This document shows, piece by piece, positions 1-13,777 of a DNA stretch of 64,000 bases. Both the position numbers and the translations under genes were made by a program. Under the pieces are notes generated by a model. The model had not been told where the DNA came from. It saw only the letters and a program-made list of their open reading frames with translations, and did no database searches. The number at the start of each line of letters is the position of its first letter. The first letter of the stretch is position 1. The DNA comes from Callorhinchus milii (Eukaryota): positions 88,600,001 through 88,664,000 of the forward strand of contig NW_024704743.1 of the NCBI RefSeq assembly GCF_018977255.1, in the 5' to 3' direction.

Positions 1-819
1 CCTGCAAGTGACTACCAAGCAGTGGAAATTTACCCCTCTGCTCTTCACAGACTAGAGGGAGGGGAATGGAGCATTTCCACAGATTTGATATAATAATTAC
101 CATTGTTTGAATGCAGCTAAAAATAGGATGCTAATTTAATTTGTTTGCCGATAACATACACAGTCACTAAACTTTACAGTGAATCCTGTGAAATACCTTG
201 AGATGTCCTCTGACATGAACAGATCTTTATCAAATGTAAGATTTATTATTAAAAATAATCGGTATCTGTGAAGCCTTACTCAAACATGGCTTGCAGCTGG
301 ATTGAAATAAAACAAATTGGGTTAGTTAAGTATCAGGCAAGACTGCAACCAAAGTATTTTCAAATCAATTGGAAAACTGAGACATTTCATAACTATAAAA
401 AAAATCATTTTTCACTACAATATTTCTTACCATTTGGAATAGAAAGCCACCTGTAATAACTAGCTGAGCTGAAACATTCAATGGGGAACTGGTTATATTC
501 CTGATTAGAGGGATTGGGGGAATAAGGATAAGAAAACAAATGAAAAATTAAATCTGTCTTCATTTCTTGCCTTCTTTCTTATTCAGCGCAATGTTGCAAG
601 AGAATGTTGTCTTATTCCTATATTTTATATATTTGTCTTACATTTTTGAATGAAATATGAGGCTCAAAATTCCAAGTATTCTTAGCCTATGGACTATATT
701 GTCTCAATATTTAAGATTGTGCATAATTGTGTAAAATTCTCAAATTCATTCTTATTTTACTGGATGTTACCATTCTTCAGATGAGAGATTACAACAGTTT
801 TTTTCCTGCTATGGGGTGG

Positions 820-2095
820 CCAATGGCATGGTCGAAGAGGAGGGTCTTGAGGCGGGACTTAAAGGAGGCTAAGGATATAAGGATATAAGTGCCCCTCATA
901 CACGGTAGGGTCCCAGAGCATTTGACAGTGGTGCAGCACGATGCCGAGCTGGAGGGAGGGGGAGGTAACCAAAGTCAAAGAGCAAGGTCTTCAGGCGCAA
1001 CCTGAAGATGGGGAAGGAAGGGGCAAGGTGGAGGGATAGAGGAAGAGTGTTCCAGAGTTTCGGGGCATAGTGGCTGAAAATGCAGCCATCAATGGTGGAA
1101 CATGCAGAAGGCCGAGTCAATCAAGTGGAGGCAGCAGGTTGTGGGTTGGGGGTAAGCAGGTCTGAGAGGTAGGGATGTGTCAGGGCATGAAGGGATTTGA
1201 AAATGAGTGTGAGGATCTTGAAATTGATGGGTTTGGCGATAAGTAGCCGCTGGAGCCCGGCTAGAACTGGTGTAATGGGGGTGGAGTTTTGTGCATGGTG
1301 AAGCTGGGGAGACCAGTGAAGAGGGTATTTGAAAAGTTGAGTTGGGAGGTGACGAATGCATGGATGAGTGTTTTGGCTGCGGTTGGGGTAATATACAGTT
1401 GGAGGCGGGCAATGTGGCAGAGGTGGAGGAAGTTGGTCCTGGTCAGGGACCGGATGTATGGAAGGAGGAAAGCTGAGGGTCGAACCTGACGCTGAGGTTG
1501 CTCAGTAAGTCTGAGGGATAGGCGAGGTTGAGGAGGTCAGAGGCATGGGATAGAAGACGTTAACGGGAGCCAATGAGAATGGGTTCCGTCTTGTCAACAG
1601 TTAGTTGTAGGAAGTTTTCGCTCATCCAGGCCCTGATGTCTACCAGGCAAACCGAGAGAACATCGGCGGGAACCAGACTGGAGGGGCTTGCGGAGCAAGT
1701 GGAGGGAGAGGTGAGAGCAAAGCTAGTTAGCCACAACATGTTCCAGAACTTTTGCAAGGAAGGACAAGTTGGAAATGGGATGGTAATTTGTGAGATTGGA
1801 GGGTCAAGGGTGGGATTTTTGAGGAGGGGAGTGATCACAGCAGTTTTAAGAAGGAGAAGAACAGAATCTGAGGAGAGCCACTGGTTGATTGTGTCGGCCA
1901 GCAGCGGTCAGAGGGGTGGGAGTTGGGTGACCAGCAATTGGGTGGGGAGAGGGTCGAGGCAGCAGGAGGATGGGCTTCCTCTGGAAGGTGGTGGTTGAAA
2001 GGGAGGGGAGAGTGGTAGGGGACGTAGTGAAAGGAGGGGGTGGTGTAGACGGTCTGGGGGTGAGGAAGGGGGTGTGGGGGAAGAGGATGCAACCA
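820..2095 (-). mobile_element. Degenerate L2 LINE 3' region
   Basis: Fragments translate to L2 ORF2 motifs (ITPLLKNPTLDP, DIRAWMSENFLQL..DKTE, APKLWNTLP, LKTLLFD). Confidence 0.85.
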
Positions 2096-3083
2096 AGTAG
2101 ATATTGGGATTTAAGAATTTTTCGTAATTCTGCAGAATCTTAAAATTTTCTGAAGACAATCTTGAAAGAGGCTAAGACCAAATGGAATTCTGGCTCTCTG
2201 TTGCTTGCTAAAAATGTTTCTAGCAAACTAAATGCTGAAGCCCATTTACTTCTCAAATCGGGCTCAATAGCAAACCAACTTTGTTTTAATCAAATATTTA
2301 TCAAAGCTGCCCTATTTTAAAATCTATTTCTCAGTAAGATTTTTTGGGGGCGAATGTTACTTGCTCAGAGAGCTCCATTGAAGTTATTTTTTAGTTGCAC
2401 ATGAAAGGTTATGCTTTCATTTCTTTACAAGGAGCTCTTTGTTGGAGACTTCACAGACAAAGGGAGAAATTTAAGGCAAGGCTTTTATCCAGGGTTTGCT
2501 GTCAGCAATTACTCAGGAAGCATTGTAGGGAGGCTGTGGATTCATAGGAGATCATCTGAAGGCAAATTTCTGCAATGTTATGTTTTGTAATTTTTTGTGT
2601 CTTGTAGCATTTCTTGAACACTTGTTCAAACAACAAACATGCCAACAAAAGATATCTCAAACTGATCCCAAATAAGGACGTTGAGCCACTCCCGGAAACA
2701 AATAACCAGGCACTTTCTTGCATGCTGAATATTTTCATTTGACCTCAAAAGACCACCTTGTGAGTTAGAAATAATTTTTGATGTCAGCTCGTTTGATTGA
2801 CACGAAAGCAGTGGTCTAATGCACAATATGCTAAAGTTTGTAGAGATACTGTGGTCTGTAAAATATCTGTTCAGGCTTCCCACTGACATCCTCATATTGA
2901 AGCTTAATATTATATATGGAAACCATGTCATTTGTTATACTATGTGTCTCTAGCTTGTGATCACATAAAAGAAATATCGGAAGGGATCACAAGAATGATA
3001 ATGGCAATAGGCAATTTTAAAATTCCCTCTTGGCAAGTTCTATTTTGTCCATGGAATGTTATTTTACTTCCTGTATGCATCTG

Positions 3084-3462
3084 TCAGTCTGGCTCAGTTG
3101 GTAGCACTCTTGCTGCTGAGTCAGATGGTTCTGGGTTCATGCCCCGTGTCGGGATTTTGAGCTCAGAATCTAGGATGACATTCCAATAGTTAAACCGAGG
3201 TACTGTCTGCTTGTTCAGGTGGATGTTAAAGAACACATGGCAACATTTAAAAAGGGAAGGAAATTTTGTCTTGGTCAACAAACTCCCAGATTAAAATCAA
3301 TCATTAATTTCAAGGCTGCTTGTGGGACATTGCTGTGTGAAAATTGGCTGTTGCACTTGCTGACAAAATACACAATCACTACGGTTTACAATAAATCCTA
3401 TGAAGCGCTTTGAGACATTTTGACAATATGTAAAGTGCTTTATCAAATGCAGGGATTATTAT
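3084..3462 (+). mobile_element. Old Deu-domain SINE (SacSINE1/AmnSINE1-like)
   Basis: Different tRNA-like head (ggctcagttggtagcactct...gagtcaga), aaccgagg...gttcaggtggatgttaaaga, tgtgggacattgctgtg, L2-like tail. Confidence 0.72.
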
Positions 3463-4358
3463 TTGCTCTTATTGAACTTCATATTCCAGTGACTAGGTAG
3501 ACACTGTCAAACTCCTAGATCACTTCTTGGCAACTTGGTTTTATTTAACTTGGAATCAGTCTGACAATCTGTTACTCCATGTCACAGGAACAGGAGAGGT
3601 CTCAACACAGATTCCAATTGCACCAAACTTAATAGCTCTTCTCATTTTGATATATTTACCTTTACAACCACCATCTGCCTCCTCCCTTTACTCATCCATG
3701 ACCAAGTTTTCCCCTTGATACCCACTGAGACTAGTTTAGAAAAAAACTGGTTGACCAAAATATTAGTTGCAAGTATGAACAAAGCTAATTTATGGTGTGA
3801 TCCAAGGACACCATCTGAAGATGTTTACAAAAAAATATTTTGGCTAGAGAAAATATTTTGACAGATTCCAATGGCACCAAACTTAAAAATAAAAAAATAG
3901 AGAAAATGTGATGACAATTAGCCAGCCAAAGGGAAGACAAATTTAAACAAATTAAATTAATCAAAAACAAATTGATTTCTAAATTTATATGACAAGCATG
4001 ATGAGTTTCTAAGATCTCTATGGGGTATGTTAGAATTCTAGAAGATAATATTTTGAAAGAAAAGAAGTATGCCCATAAAAAAACGGAACACCCACTGAAT
4101 TAATATTTAAATTTTTGAGGTAATACAATTTAAGTATGACCTTGTTAGTTTATTTTTATTTATATGATTATTAATAATGATTTACTGTAATTGTTGTATT
4201 ATGCATCAGATAAAAAAATTGAATTAAAATGTTTTTTTTATGAACAATTAAGAATCATAAAATTGTTAAAATAGGTTGGAGATCAAATGTGGTGAAAGAG
4301 ATAGAGGAGAATGGTACCAATTTTATATTAGCTACAGTAATAAAAGTGGGTTTATGTT

Positions 4359-5116
4359 TGTAACCATAACCCACTTCAGGGCGGACTGTAGGATTCTGTA
4401 TTCAATGTGTTAAATAATATCTCAAATTATATTTGCAATGTTTATATATATATTTGAAACATATGATCAATCTCATATGAGGGAGCTGGTTGTGACTGGC
4501 TTCGAAGAAGATCCTTGCTCAAGGAGGAGAAACAAAAGACTGTTTATAAACAACAAACTGTTTTTGTTCCTTATCAGTTATTTTCTCATGGAAAAATGGT
4601 CTGTAGGTGGAGAGAGCTGTGCTGCATTTGTTTTTACAAAGGAACCATCTTGCAAAAGTCAATAGGTGAAAGGTCACCTAACAAGCTGTATAAACGGAGA
4701 TCAATTCGGAAGAGAATCGGAAGAAAGAATTGAAGGAGAGGGATCAAATTGGACGTGCCATAATAGAATTGGACGTGCCATGATTCCTGGATACATTTGA
4801 GTGATCGAATTGAATAAACAAAAATACCTGTATACTTTTGGGTGATATCAAACTGGGAACCATACAACAATACTTGGATACTTTCTGAGGATTTATATTT
4901 GGATTAAAATGGACATTAAATTGAACATTGCTATTTTATCTCTTCTGCAGCATTTGATTAGGTCAACTTAAATCGTTTTGAACAATGCATCGATACATAA
5001 GAATTATTGTGATGTAGTCTTTTAATTACTTATAACTATTGCTAACCTGAATTAATATACATTTATAATTTTGTACAATGTTTGTGTCAGTCCTTACTTC
5101 ACCGCAGGGTCGTCAA
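4359..5116 (+). mobile_element. Possible solo LTR
   Basis: TGTAAC...GTCGTCA ends, TATAAA near 4688, AATAAA near 4813, internal duplicated aattggacgtgccat; no target-site duplication. Confidence 0.3.
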
Positions 5117-5172
5117 ACTCTTTGAAATAAAGGTATTTAAAACAGAAAAGAGTTTAGCATAAATGCTCTTAC

Positions 5173-5281
5173 CCAGTTTGGTTGGTGTCAATGGTTAGAT
5201 ACAGTTCATGCATCTCATCTGTATTGAGAACTCCATCTACAAAGTAAGCCTTGAATTCATCAAACGATAACTTGCCATCAT
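5173..5281 (-). CDS. NECAB1: NECAB1 coding exon 3 (DDGKLSFDEFKAYFVDGVLNTDEMHELYLTIDTNQTG), EF-hand region
   Basis: ctttgcttccag acceptor, gtaaga donor, 109 nt; completes the DKNDDGKLSFDE EF-hand loop; exon 4 not found in window. Confidence 0.93.
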
Positions 5282-6477
5282 CTGGAAGCAAAGAATAATG
5301 AGATTATCAGTCAGTATCCTAAAAGCTGCTTTTTTCTCCAAGTGTATGGAAAACTCCATACAAAACTCCTTCACAGCAACTCTGTGTTGGAGGATGAAGG
5401 CGGCTGAATCTCTTTAGGATGTTATTCAGTTCTTAAAGCACTTCTTACATCAATTTAAGGTTCCATTATAAATCTATTTTATAGTTAATGAATAAAACCA
5501 GGCTGGAATGTGCTTTTCCAGCATTTTCCCAATGGGATGAAAATTGCGATGTGTGATGTCTTAATTATCCCATCATAATTTTCGCCTCATTAGTCTACTC
5601 ATGCCTTGTCATGTGCAAAAAAGAAAAATTATTTTAAATAAATCGTACAAAAAAGCAACATTTTTATATCAATCAATGTGCCTTTGAAGTGAAACATTTA
5701 ATCTTGTACTTGTGTCTGTAAAAGTAATAATGATTAAGGCATCATAAACTATTGTTTGGGTGCCTAGCAACACACCTCTTCAATGATAAAGAAACAAGCT
5801 GGCAATACTATAATTTTATGATTTAGAGAGGAGGGAGGATGGTATGGTGAAGGCTATTGCCTACTTTTCAAGTTATCGCCAGTAAACACAAATAATAGGA
5901 TCACTACTAAACTGTAACAAAAAATGGAAGGTTTCATGTAATTCTGCTTATACTATCAAAGCTAATCTCCTGGCTCTTGCCAACCTGCGCCTAATACTTT
6001 CCGGAATTAGGTAAGCAGAATGCGTTACTGCAGGGAGAGAGTGTGCATTCCAACAATCTATCTCTGGAATTCACATGTATTTTTTTGAGGGATTATTATC
6101 CCCGGAAAAGCAACCTGAAAACAATAATCTTCCCAATACAGCATCAACCTATTCTGGCCTCAATCACCCTTCCTGGCAACCTATCCAGTTATTAATTTCC
6201 TTCTAGGTAAAGAAATATTTCCTAGTGTCTGTCCTGAAATTGCCCTTTGCATTCCTAAACCTGTGGCATATTGTTCTAATGACTTGGTGCATTCAAAAGT
6301 GTTGAGCTGGGATTACCTTTTCAATTTGAAATTTGATATATGTGCATGTGCATGAGATTATTATAATAATATTACATTTTATGTAGGACCGTTCATGTCT
6401 GGTGGACATCTCAAAGTCCTTCACAGAGTATATTGTAAAGTGGAGTGACTTGTTTTATGGCATCTAAAAGCCAATTT

Positions 6478-6700
6478 ACGAAGAACTACTTCACGTGGAG
6501 GGTAGTGAGATTGTGAAACTCCTTGCCTGAAACAGTGGTTGAATTAGGTAGTATAGATGCATTCAAGAGGAAGCATGAGGGAGAGGGGATTAGAAGGGTA
6601 TGGGAGAGAGTAAGATGTGGGTGAATATTATGTGGATTATAAACATCAGCATGGACTGGTTGGCCAAGTGGTTGTTACTATTCTGTACATTCTTTGTAAA
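6478..6700 (+). mobile_element. CR1 3' end
   Basis: Similar to 28890-29080; other CR1 remnants near 9880-10000(-), 17660-18240(-), 44830-45030, 51235-51397, 57250-57410(-). Confidence 0.65.
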
Positions 6701-7147
6701 ACATACATATGAAGTGTCTTTGTTCAAGGTTCAAATGACTGGCTCATCTAATCACTTCTCAAAGATCATCTCTAACACTGTGGATCATTCTAATTGCTCT
6801 TCTCTCTATGGTCTACGGGTTCTGGACAGCTCCTTATATTATGACGACCAGAATTATACATAGTTTTCCAGGTGCCACCTCTCCACCTTTACTTCTCTGA
6901 ATCTGATTTGGCAATAACGTTCACCTTCCTATTGGCTTTAGTTATTGATGTCTCAGACTGTTTCAATATGATGAGCAAGCCCTGGAGTGGAGGTGCCTCT
7001 GATTTTTACTTCGGATAAGCAGTGCATTATTATGTGATACAATAACTGAATCAGAGCCTTTTCATCAAAACGTTAATCAAATGCAAGGATTATTACTATT
7101 ATATTATTGTTACATCCTATATTTTGCCCACAGAATATACAGTCAAT

Positions 7148-7330
7148 CAACAACAACAAAAACAAGATTTCATTTATAGAGCACCTTTCACATCAGGAGG
7201 ACGTCCCAAGGCGCTGGACAGTTGGGTCGGGACCCGAGCAGGGGGGAAATGGTCAGGGTGAGGGGAGGGAAGGGAGGGAGCGAGGAGGGGGGAGAGAGTC
7301 GAGAGGGGAGCTGAAGGCACGGCTGAAGAG
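7148..7330 (-). mobile_element. L2 3' tail inserted into a SINE
   Basis: Matches the 10923 L2 end; SINE halves flank it. Confidence 0.85.
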
Positions 7331-9039
7331 AACTTTACAATATATTCTGTGAAGCGCTTTAAGATGTCTCAACAACGTGATAAGGCGCTAGATCAAATGC
7401 AAGGATTATTATTATTATATTCTAAACTCCAAAGGAAAACAAATTACAATGGTCTGAGCAACGTCTTTAACTAATACATTTTAGAAATTGGGAAAACCAT
7501 AAACAAACAGCTTGTTATGAGTAGATCAAAGATATTTGCAGTCTCCTGATGCTACATATTTGACAATATTAGAAATGAAGTATAAAACAAGTCTTCAAAG
7601 CATATTGCTGCTGATTGAACCATCAAACAAACTGTGCTTTGGTTTACTTTAATCCCATTAATATAAACTCCTCAGAACATCTATTACTTGTTAGATGGAG
7701 GTGACTACAGCTGTGGTTATCTGTTTATTATTTGGGGCTCACAATGGAGAGCAGAACTGTGAAAGCTTTAAACATGGCCCACTTGGTGGTGATACAGTAA
7801 TTACTAACTCTCCCACATGTTTATGAGAATAGTAGTTGGTACAGATCGCTAAAATCCCCTTTGTAATTCTATAAACAAATTGCCATTGAATCAGAGCCTT
7901 CTCATGAAAACACTGAGGCAGTATTGGGGTGAAATCTGCAGTGCTTCATAATGTGTTTGATGTGATCATTATCACATTGGATGAATTATGAAACCCCACA
8001 AATGTTATCCCATTAATCTTCACATAATTATTCCTCTTACGATGATTTTGTTGCATGATTCCGTTGTATGGGGAAAAGTACTTAGATATATTTTAAAATT
8101 CAGTATATTTAAAATGCTTTTAAGTCTAGTTAAAATATTTGGAGGACAACAAATGTTTAAACCTTAGTTTTCTGAGAGTTGCTATTGATAAAACCCTTCT
8201 TCTTAGTGAGAAATTATTTTCCATTTTTCTTCCATTATCCTCTTCTGAGTTCCCCCACACCACACTCTGATTGACCGTTTTAATGTACTCTCTATCCCCA
8301 GAGGGAAGCGTTTGGTTTTCACTCAGCACCTTCTCATGGTCACATGCAAGAGATTAGTGACATGTAGGGCACAGCAAGTGTTACAGCAAGGTGAAGGCCT
8401 AGTCCCTGTTGTACCACTTCCTTTGATGGATACTCTATGTCTCCTGATGGTCTGGAACAAGTCGTCAAGAAAACTAGAGTTTGCTCATAACCAGCTCATA
8501 TGTTTACAAAACAGAAATGATCTTTGCAATTTCAATTTAATGATCAATCTCAGATGGCTCCATTCACAAATAGGTACAAAATATCCCGCAGCACCTCTAA
8601 GCACATTAAACCTATTTATATTTCCATCTTCATTACTTTCCTAACATAGCTTCAAGTGCAGTTTGCAATGCATCATCGGACAAATATTCTTTATCTTATT
8701 TCACCCAGGAGATGGAAGACTGTCTATATTTGTTTCTGAGGATTTGTAATTCTAATATTTCTAATATAATTCTAGTTCCTATTGATAAATAATGCACAAA
8801 AGTGAATATGATTATTATAGTTTTGTATTTTTAGTCATAAAGGAAAACATTTTAACATTAATTTCTGTTTATTTCTGCACTTTATTTTAACCTGACGATT
8901 TACTCTCTTACTGCAATTTAATTCCTTTTTCCTTCAGAGTGAACAAGTTCTAGCAGGTTATTTGAACATAGGCTGGGGATTCTATCCAAGCCCCAAATAT
9001 GCAGTAAGACCTGTTAAATTGAAAGCACCCTCTCCTCTT

Positions 9040-9740
9040 AGTCAGTTCAAACCCTATGCCAGGAGTTCAAGTTCAAATTTGAGGCTGACACACCAGTGTG
9101 GTTGCTGTGGGAACACTGCATTATCAGAGGTGCCGTCCTTTGGATAACACTTTAAACCAATTTTTTGTTCAGGTGAACATTAAAGATCCCAAGGCACGAT
9201 TTGAAAAGTGAAGGTAGTTTTTACTGGTATTCTGATAAAAGATAACATTGATCATTCACTCATTTGTGGAGTCCTGTAGCTCAGTGGTTAGAGCACTCGC
9301 TTTGCAAGCGAGAGACCTGAGTTCAATTCCAGGCAGGGCGAAACCTTGGGCAAGTTTCCTTACTCCACACGCCTAATAATAATCCCTCCAAAACCAAAAA
9401 CAATAATAAATTGGTCATTTTCAATCTACGACTGTTTGTGGGACATTGCTGTGCGCAATTGGCTACTGCGTTCGCCCACAAATGTACAGTCAATTCACTT
9501 TACAGTGTGTTCTGTGAAGCGCTTTGGGACGTCCTCCTGACGTGAAAAGCGCTATATCAAATGCAAGGATTATTATTATTATTATTATTACTTCAGGGCT
9601 GTTTGTGGGATATTTCTATGTGCCAGCTGCCTACCACATTTGTTTAACTACACTTTGCACAAAATTCTATGAAGCACTATCAAATGTTTTGATGACATGA
9701 TAAGACCTATATTAAATGCTAGAATTATTATTATCATTAT
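9040..9740 (+). mobile_element. Old Deu-domain SINE split by the young SINE at 9266-9590
   Basis: Body runs to 9265 and resumes at 9591 (cttcagggctgtttgtggga) to its own tail. Confidence 0.7.
9266..9590 (+). mobile_element. Young tRNA-derived SINE (short form), full length
   Basis: tRNA-like head with A box (TAGCTCAGTGG) and B box (GAGTTCAATTCC), CCTTGGGCAAGT motif, Deu-like body, L2-like tail, (TTA)n; near-identical to other copies. Confidence 0.92.
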
Positions 9741-10922
9741 CCTGTCATCCATGCAAAAGGATCTCAATTAACCATTAGGAGTGGGAAATAAAACTTCCCA
9801 AACCCAGGCGTACTGAGGTCAATTGTCAAGTAGCTCAGCACAGACCAGGATTAAAATGTTCTATTTTTTGGTCTGAATATAGAAATTTACAGCACAGAAG
9901 AAGGCCTTTGTTCCATCATGTATGTGCTGTATGTGCTCTCTCTTTTAAAGAGGAACCTTTCACTCCCATTTACCTGCCTTTTCCCCATACCACCATATGA
10001 CTTAGTTTAGTTTTTACTCACTAGACTATTTTGTGAATTGATTCAGAAGTTGTATCAAATATTAATTCAGATTTGGTCAGTTATTTTGCTGTCTTCCAAT
10101 GTTTTTGTTGCATAATGTACTATTTGAAGCAAAGAATATCACACAATCCATTAAAAAGCCAGGATATAAATAGTGCTCTTCGGTGCACACTTACATAACA
10201 AACATTTTTTCATTCTGCCCTTGAGACTTTGTGTGGAAAATATGCCTTTCTAAACATCTGGGAATCTGGAGATTGATCGAGGAGATTGCTTGTGCTAACA
10301 TAGTAGCATGGTGCATCAATGAGGTAACCCTGCTGAGCCAGAAAACCACTGTGTTTTCAATTCTTCAACTTCCTTCACTATATTTTGCCCCATGGTTCGG
10401 ATCTTCACCTACTGAATTACCTCTGATACTTGCAGATAAAATGAATACCAGTAAGAGTTCTCATTACCTTCCAAAGTAAAGGGAGCTTCCACACACAGTA
10501 CAGTTGTTTCTCTTCTCTCTAGTAATTTCCTTTGCTCAATTCCTATCTTCTGTTTCATTGTTTGGATCACTGAATAGTTTCATAATCTTTTCTGCAATTT
10601 ATCTTTCAGATAAAAATAACAACTGAGAAATATAGTGCTTTTTTCCCACTACGATGTGATGAAGGCATCAGCACTCAGCCAAAATTTGACAGTTTTGACT
10701 CTCAATTACAGGAGTGAAAATGGCCATAATTTAGAAAGAAAATAGGAAATAGCTTACCTATAATAAAAGTTGGTAAATTGTATCCACTAATTTCTTGCAG
10801 GGTCGATGCACAGATGACACTTAACCACTTATATAAAACGTGCCTGGTTTGTGAACATTTGTACATTGGAAATAGCCTACAGAATACTGAAGTCAGTTGT
10901 AACCCTTATTCCCATACAGAAT

Positions 10923-11775
10923 AACAACAACAACAACAACAAGATTCCATTTATGGAGCACCTTGCACGTCGGGAGGACGTCCCAAGGCGTTGTACAGTT
11001 GGGTCAGGACCCGAGCAGGGGGGAAATGGTCAGGGTGAGGGGAGGGAAGGGAGGGAGCGAGGAGGGGGTAGAGAGTCGAGAGGGGAGCTGAAGGCACGGT
11101 CAAAGAGAAAGGTCTTGAGACCGGCCTTGAAGGAGGAAAGGGAGGAAGCGGCGAAGGCACTGGGGGATAGAGTTCCAGAGCCTCGGGGCTGAGAGGCTGA
11201 AGGCCCGGCCACTGATGGTAGGGCGGTTGGGGCGGGGGATGTGGAGCAGACCGGAGCCAGAGGAACGGAGGGTATGGGCAGGTAGGTAGGGGGATAGTAG
11301 GTCGGAGAGGTAGGAGGGAGCAAGGCCATGAATGATGATGGAAGGCGGTGCCAGTTATGGCGCGGATATGAGGGAGAAAGGACAGCTCAGGGTCGAACAG
11401 AACCCCGAGGTTCCTGACCGGCTTTGAGAGGTGGAGAGTGCAGCCTTGGATGCTGATGCTGTCAGTGCCTGAGGTGCGGAGGCGCTGACGCGAGCCAATC
11501 AGGAGGGCCTCAGTTTTACGCACATTGAGCTGAAGAAAGTTGTCTCTCGTCCAGGACTCGATGTCGGACAGGCAGCTGTCAGGACATCGGTGGTCGTGGA
11601 GTTGAGAGTAGAGGAGGAAAGGTAGAGTTGGGTGTCATCCGCATACATGTGGAAGTTAACCCCATGTCTGCGGATGATGTCACCGAGGGGGAGCATATAG
11701 AGGGTGAAGAGGAGGAGACCGAGGACAGAGCCCTGAGGGACACCACACGAGACAGTGCGGGGGCTGGAGGAAACA
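10923..11775 (-). mobile_element. Young L2 3' fragment with internal deletion
   Basis: [13 protein letters not shown] motif, KTEALLIGS, (TTG)n tail. Confidence 0.92.
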
Positions 11776-13777
11776 AAGTGAATATCAAAGGGAATACAAA
11801 TGAAACATAAGCTGTTTTACATATCTTTGTCTTACAAGTTGTCTTAATTTATGAACTGGTTCAAACGTGTCCCCCCCCTCCACCGCCATACCACCCCCCT
11901 GCACACTCTGTCACAATGACTGGACCTGAAGCCTGACACACTGCTCGTGGTTTAGCGGAATACAAGATGAACTCAAATGTATCAAAGTATCCTGGGCTAC
12001 AATGTCCCAGATAAAATTGATCATTCACTTCATGGCTGTTTGTGGAACATCGCAGTGTGTAAATTGGATTCTGCTTTAAATACATAGTCACTGCACTTTA
12101 CAGTAAATTCTGTGAAGCTCTTTAAGACATCCTTCCAAAGTGAAAAGCTCTGTTTCAAATAAAATTGATTCTTATTATTATCTATTATTATTATTACTAT
12201 AATATTTTCTTATATTAGTGTAGTTGCCTCTGCTCAGTACATATATGCAATTGGAAAATATTTCTGCAGCAGGAGATGATACTTCTGTTTCTGGCATTTA
12301 CATCTCAGAGATGTAATGTTTTTATTCTTAAATGCAGATAAATTAAGAGTGGTCTGGTGAGCCCAATGGCACAACATGGAGCTTCAAATCCCTGTGAGTT
12401 GCATATTGAACTGCAGCACTAAATGGCACTTGGTTTTGTCTGGGCTCTGAGATGAGATGCTATGTGTTAATGAGTACTCCATGTCTAGGAGTGGCATTCC
12501 ACCATTACACCGGAGCCCCAGAAAATGGGTTGTTTGATAATACTCTCTGCCTTGGTGAATCATTTTTGCTATTTGGTTGAGCTTCGGAGCAGGCATTCTC
12601 ATCGGTGCTACTCTTTCTGTTAAGAAACAATCCTTAATTATATTTCTAGAAGATGTTGACATTTTCAAATTGTATGGAAACGTCTCTCTTCACCATTCTG
12701 CACTCCCACACTGCTATTCAGGCTTATACGTCAAGCCAACATGTGATAAATAATTACTCGGCTAAGGAAGAAGACATGAATTCTAAAGCTGCAGCATTCA
12801 GGTAGTGGTTTATAAGGAATATATATCATTATTATGGTAGCTTTCTCTGTCATTTATTATATAACAATACAAGTTTGAATGTAGGAATGAGATACACTGT
12901 GGTATGTTGTTTTCAGCTAGCTGTAATCCTTTAGGTGTTGATTCTCACTCTAATTTTCAATATTGGCATAGTTACCAAACATTCGCTTTGATTCTCCAGA
13001 AAGCCCTGCTGTTTAGGAGTATGAGGCAATAAGGGTTTGCTGGAAAGGATGTAGCTCAACTGAGAGTCGAAAGTACAATTTTTCTTAAACAGTGACATTT
13101 CATCCCAGTCACGTCTTGAAGTGCATCTTCCACTGAATATTCACAGCAGGCAACTTTTCACTGCTTTGTGAAGAATATCAGTTCTTTAATCCTTTATAGG
13201 TTGTTTTGAAATACTGCTTCTGTTTTGCTCTTTTCCTGCTTGAAAAGGGAAGCAAATGTTGAAAATATCTTTAATGTGTAAAATGCAAGTAGCTCTGCAA
13301 ATATTCACTCCTGAGCATCTGTTTTTATTGTTTTCATGCCTGAAATATAACACTCAATCCTCTTGCTGCTTCTTATTGGGCTAAACTATAATGTATTTCA
13401 AGATGCATCCATTCCTCAAAGGATGAAGACAGTTGGCTGTTCAGTATTGTAAGAATAATGAATTCTGGCAGTCTTAGTTGACTTTTGTCTATTTAACAAA
13501 ACTGCCTTTAATATGGCTTTTGAACACGTCAAAGATGATTTTGTCACAAGATTTTGCCCAAGTATCTCTCTTCATTGGTAAGATGTATGCTAAAGCATCA
13601 GGACAATATTTAAAATATGCCTTCTTGTCAAATCGGATATGAAAATGCCCAATGACTAAAGGAAGTTTACCTTAGAATAAAACTGGAGAGGCTGCTGTCT
13701 GAGAAAAGCCATAGATCTCTCCAGTTATCTTTATACCTTTGCACTTTAGACTCTGGTGAATGAAGATCAGAGGAAGG

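Noticed and set aside
431..450. 20-nt minus-strand AG..GTAAGA segment as NECAB1 exon 4
   Set aside because: Does not encode the expected second EF-hand continuation; weak pyrimidine tract
8880..8965. Plus-strand splice acceptor and mini-exon
   Set aside because: Weak donor and no linked exons
9266..9340. tRNA-Ala(TGC) genes at SINE heads
   Set aside because: Each is fused to a SINE body and tail, so these are retroposon heads and not tRNA genes
9346..9540. Recurrent MGKFPYSTRLIIIPPK ORF family
   Set aside because: Translation of SINE copies from TTG starts; no coding evidence
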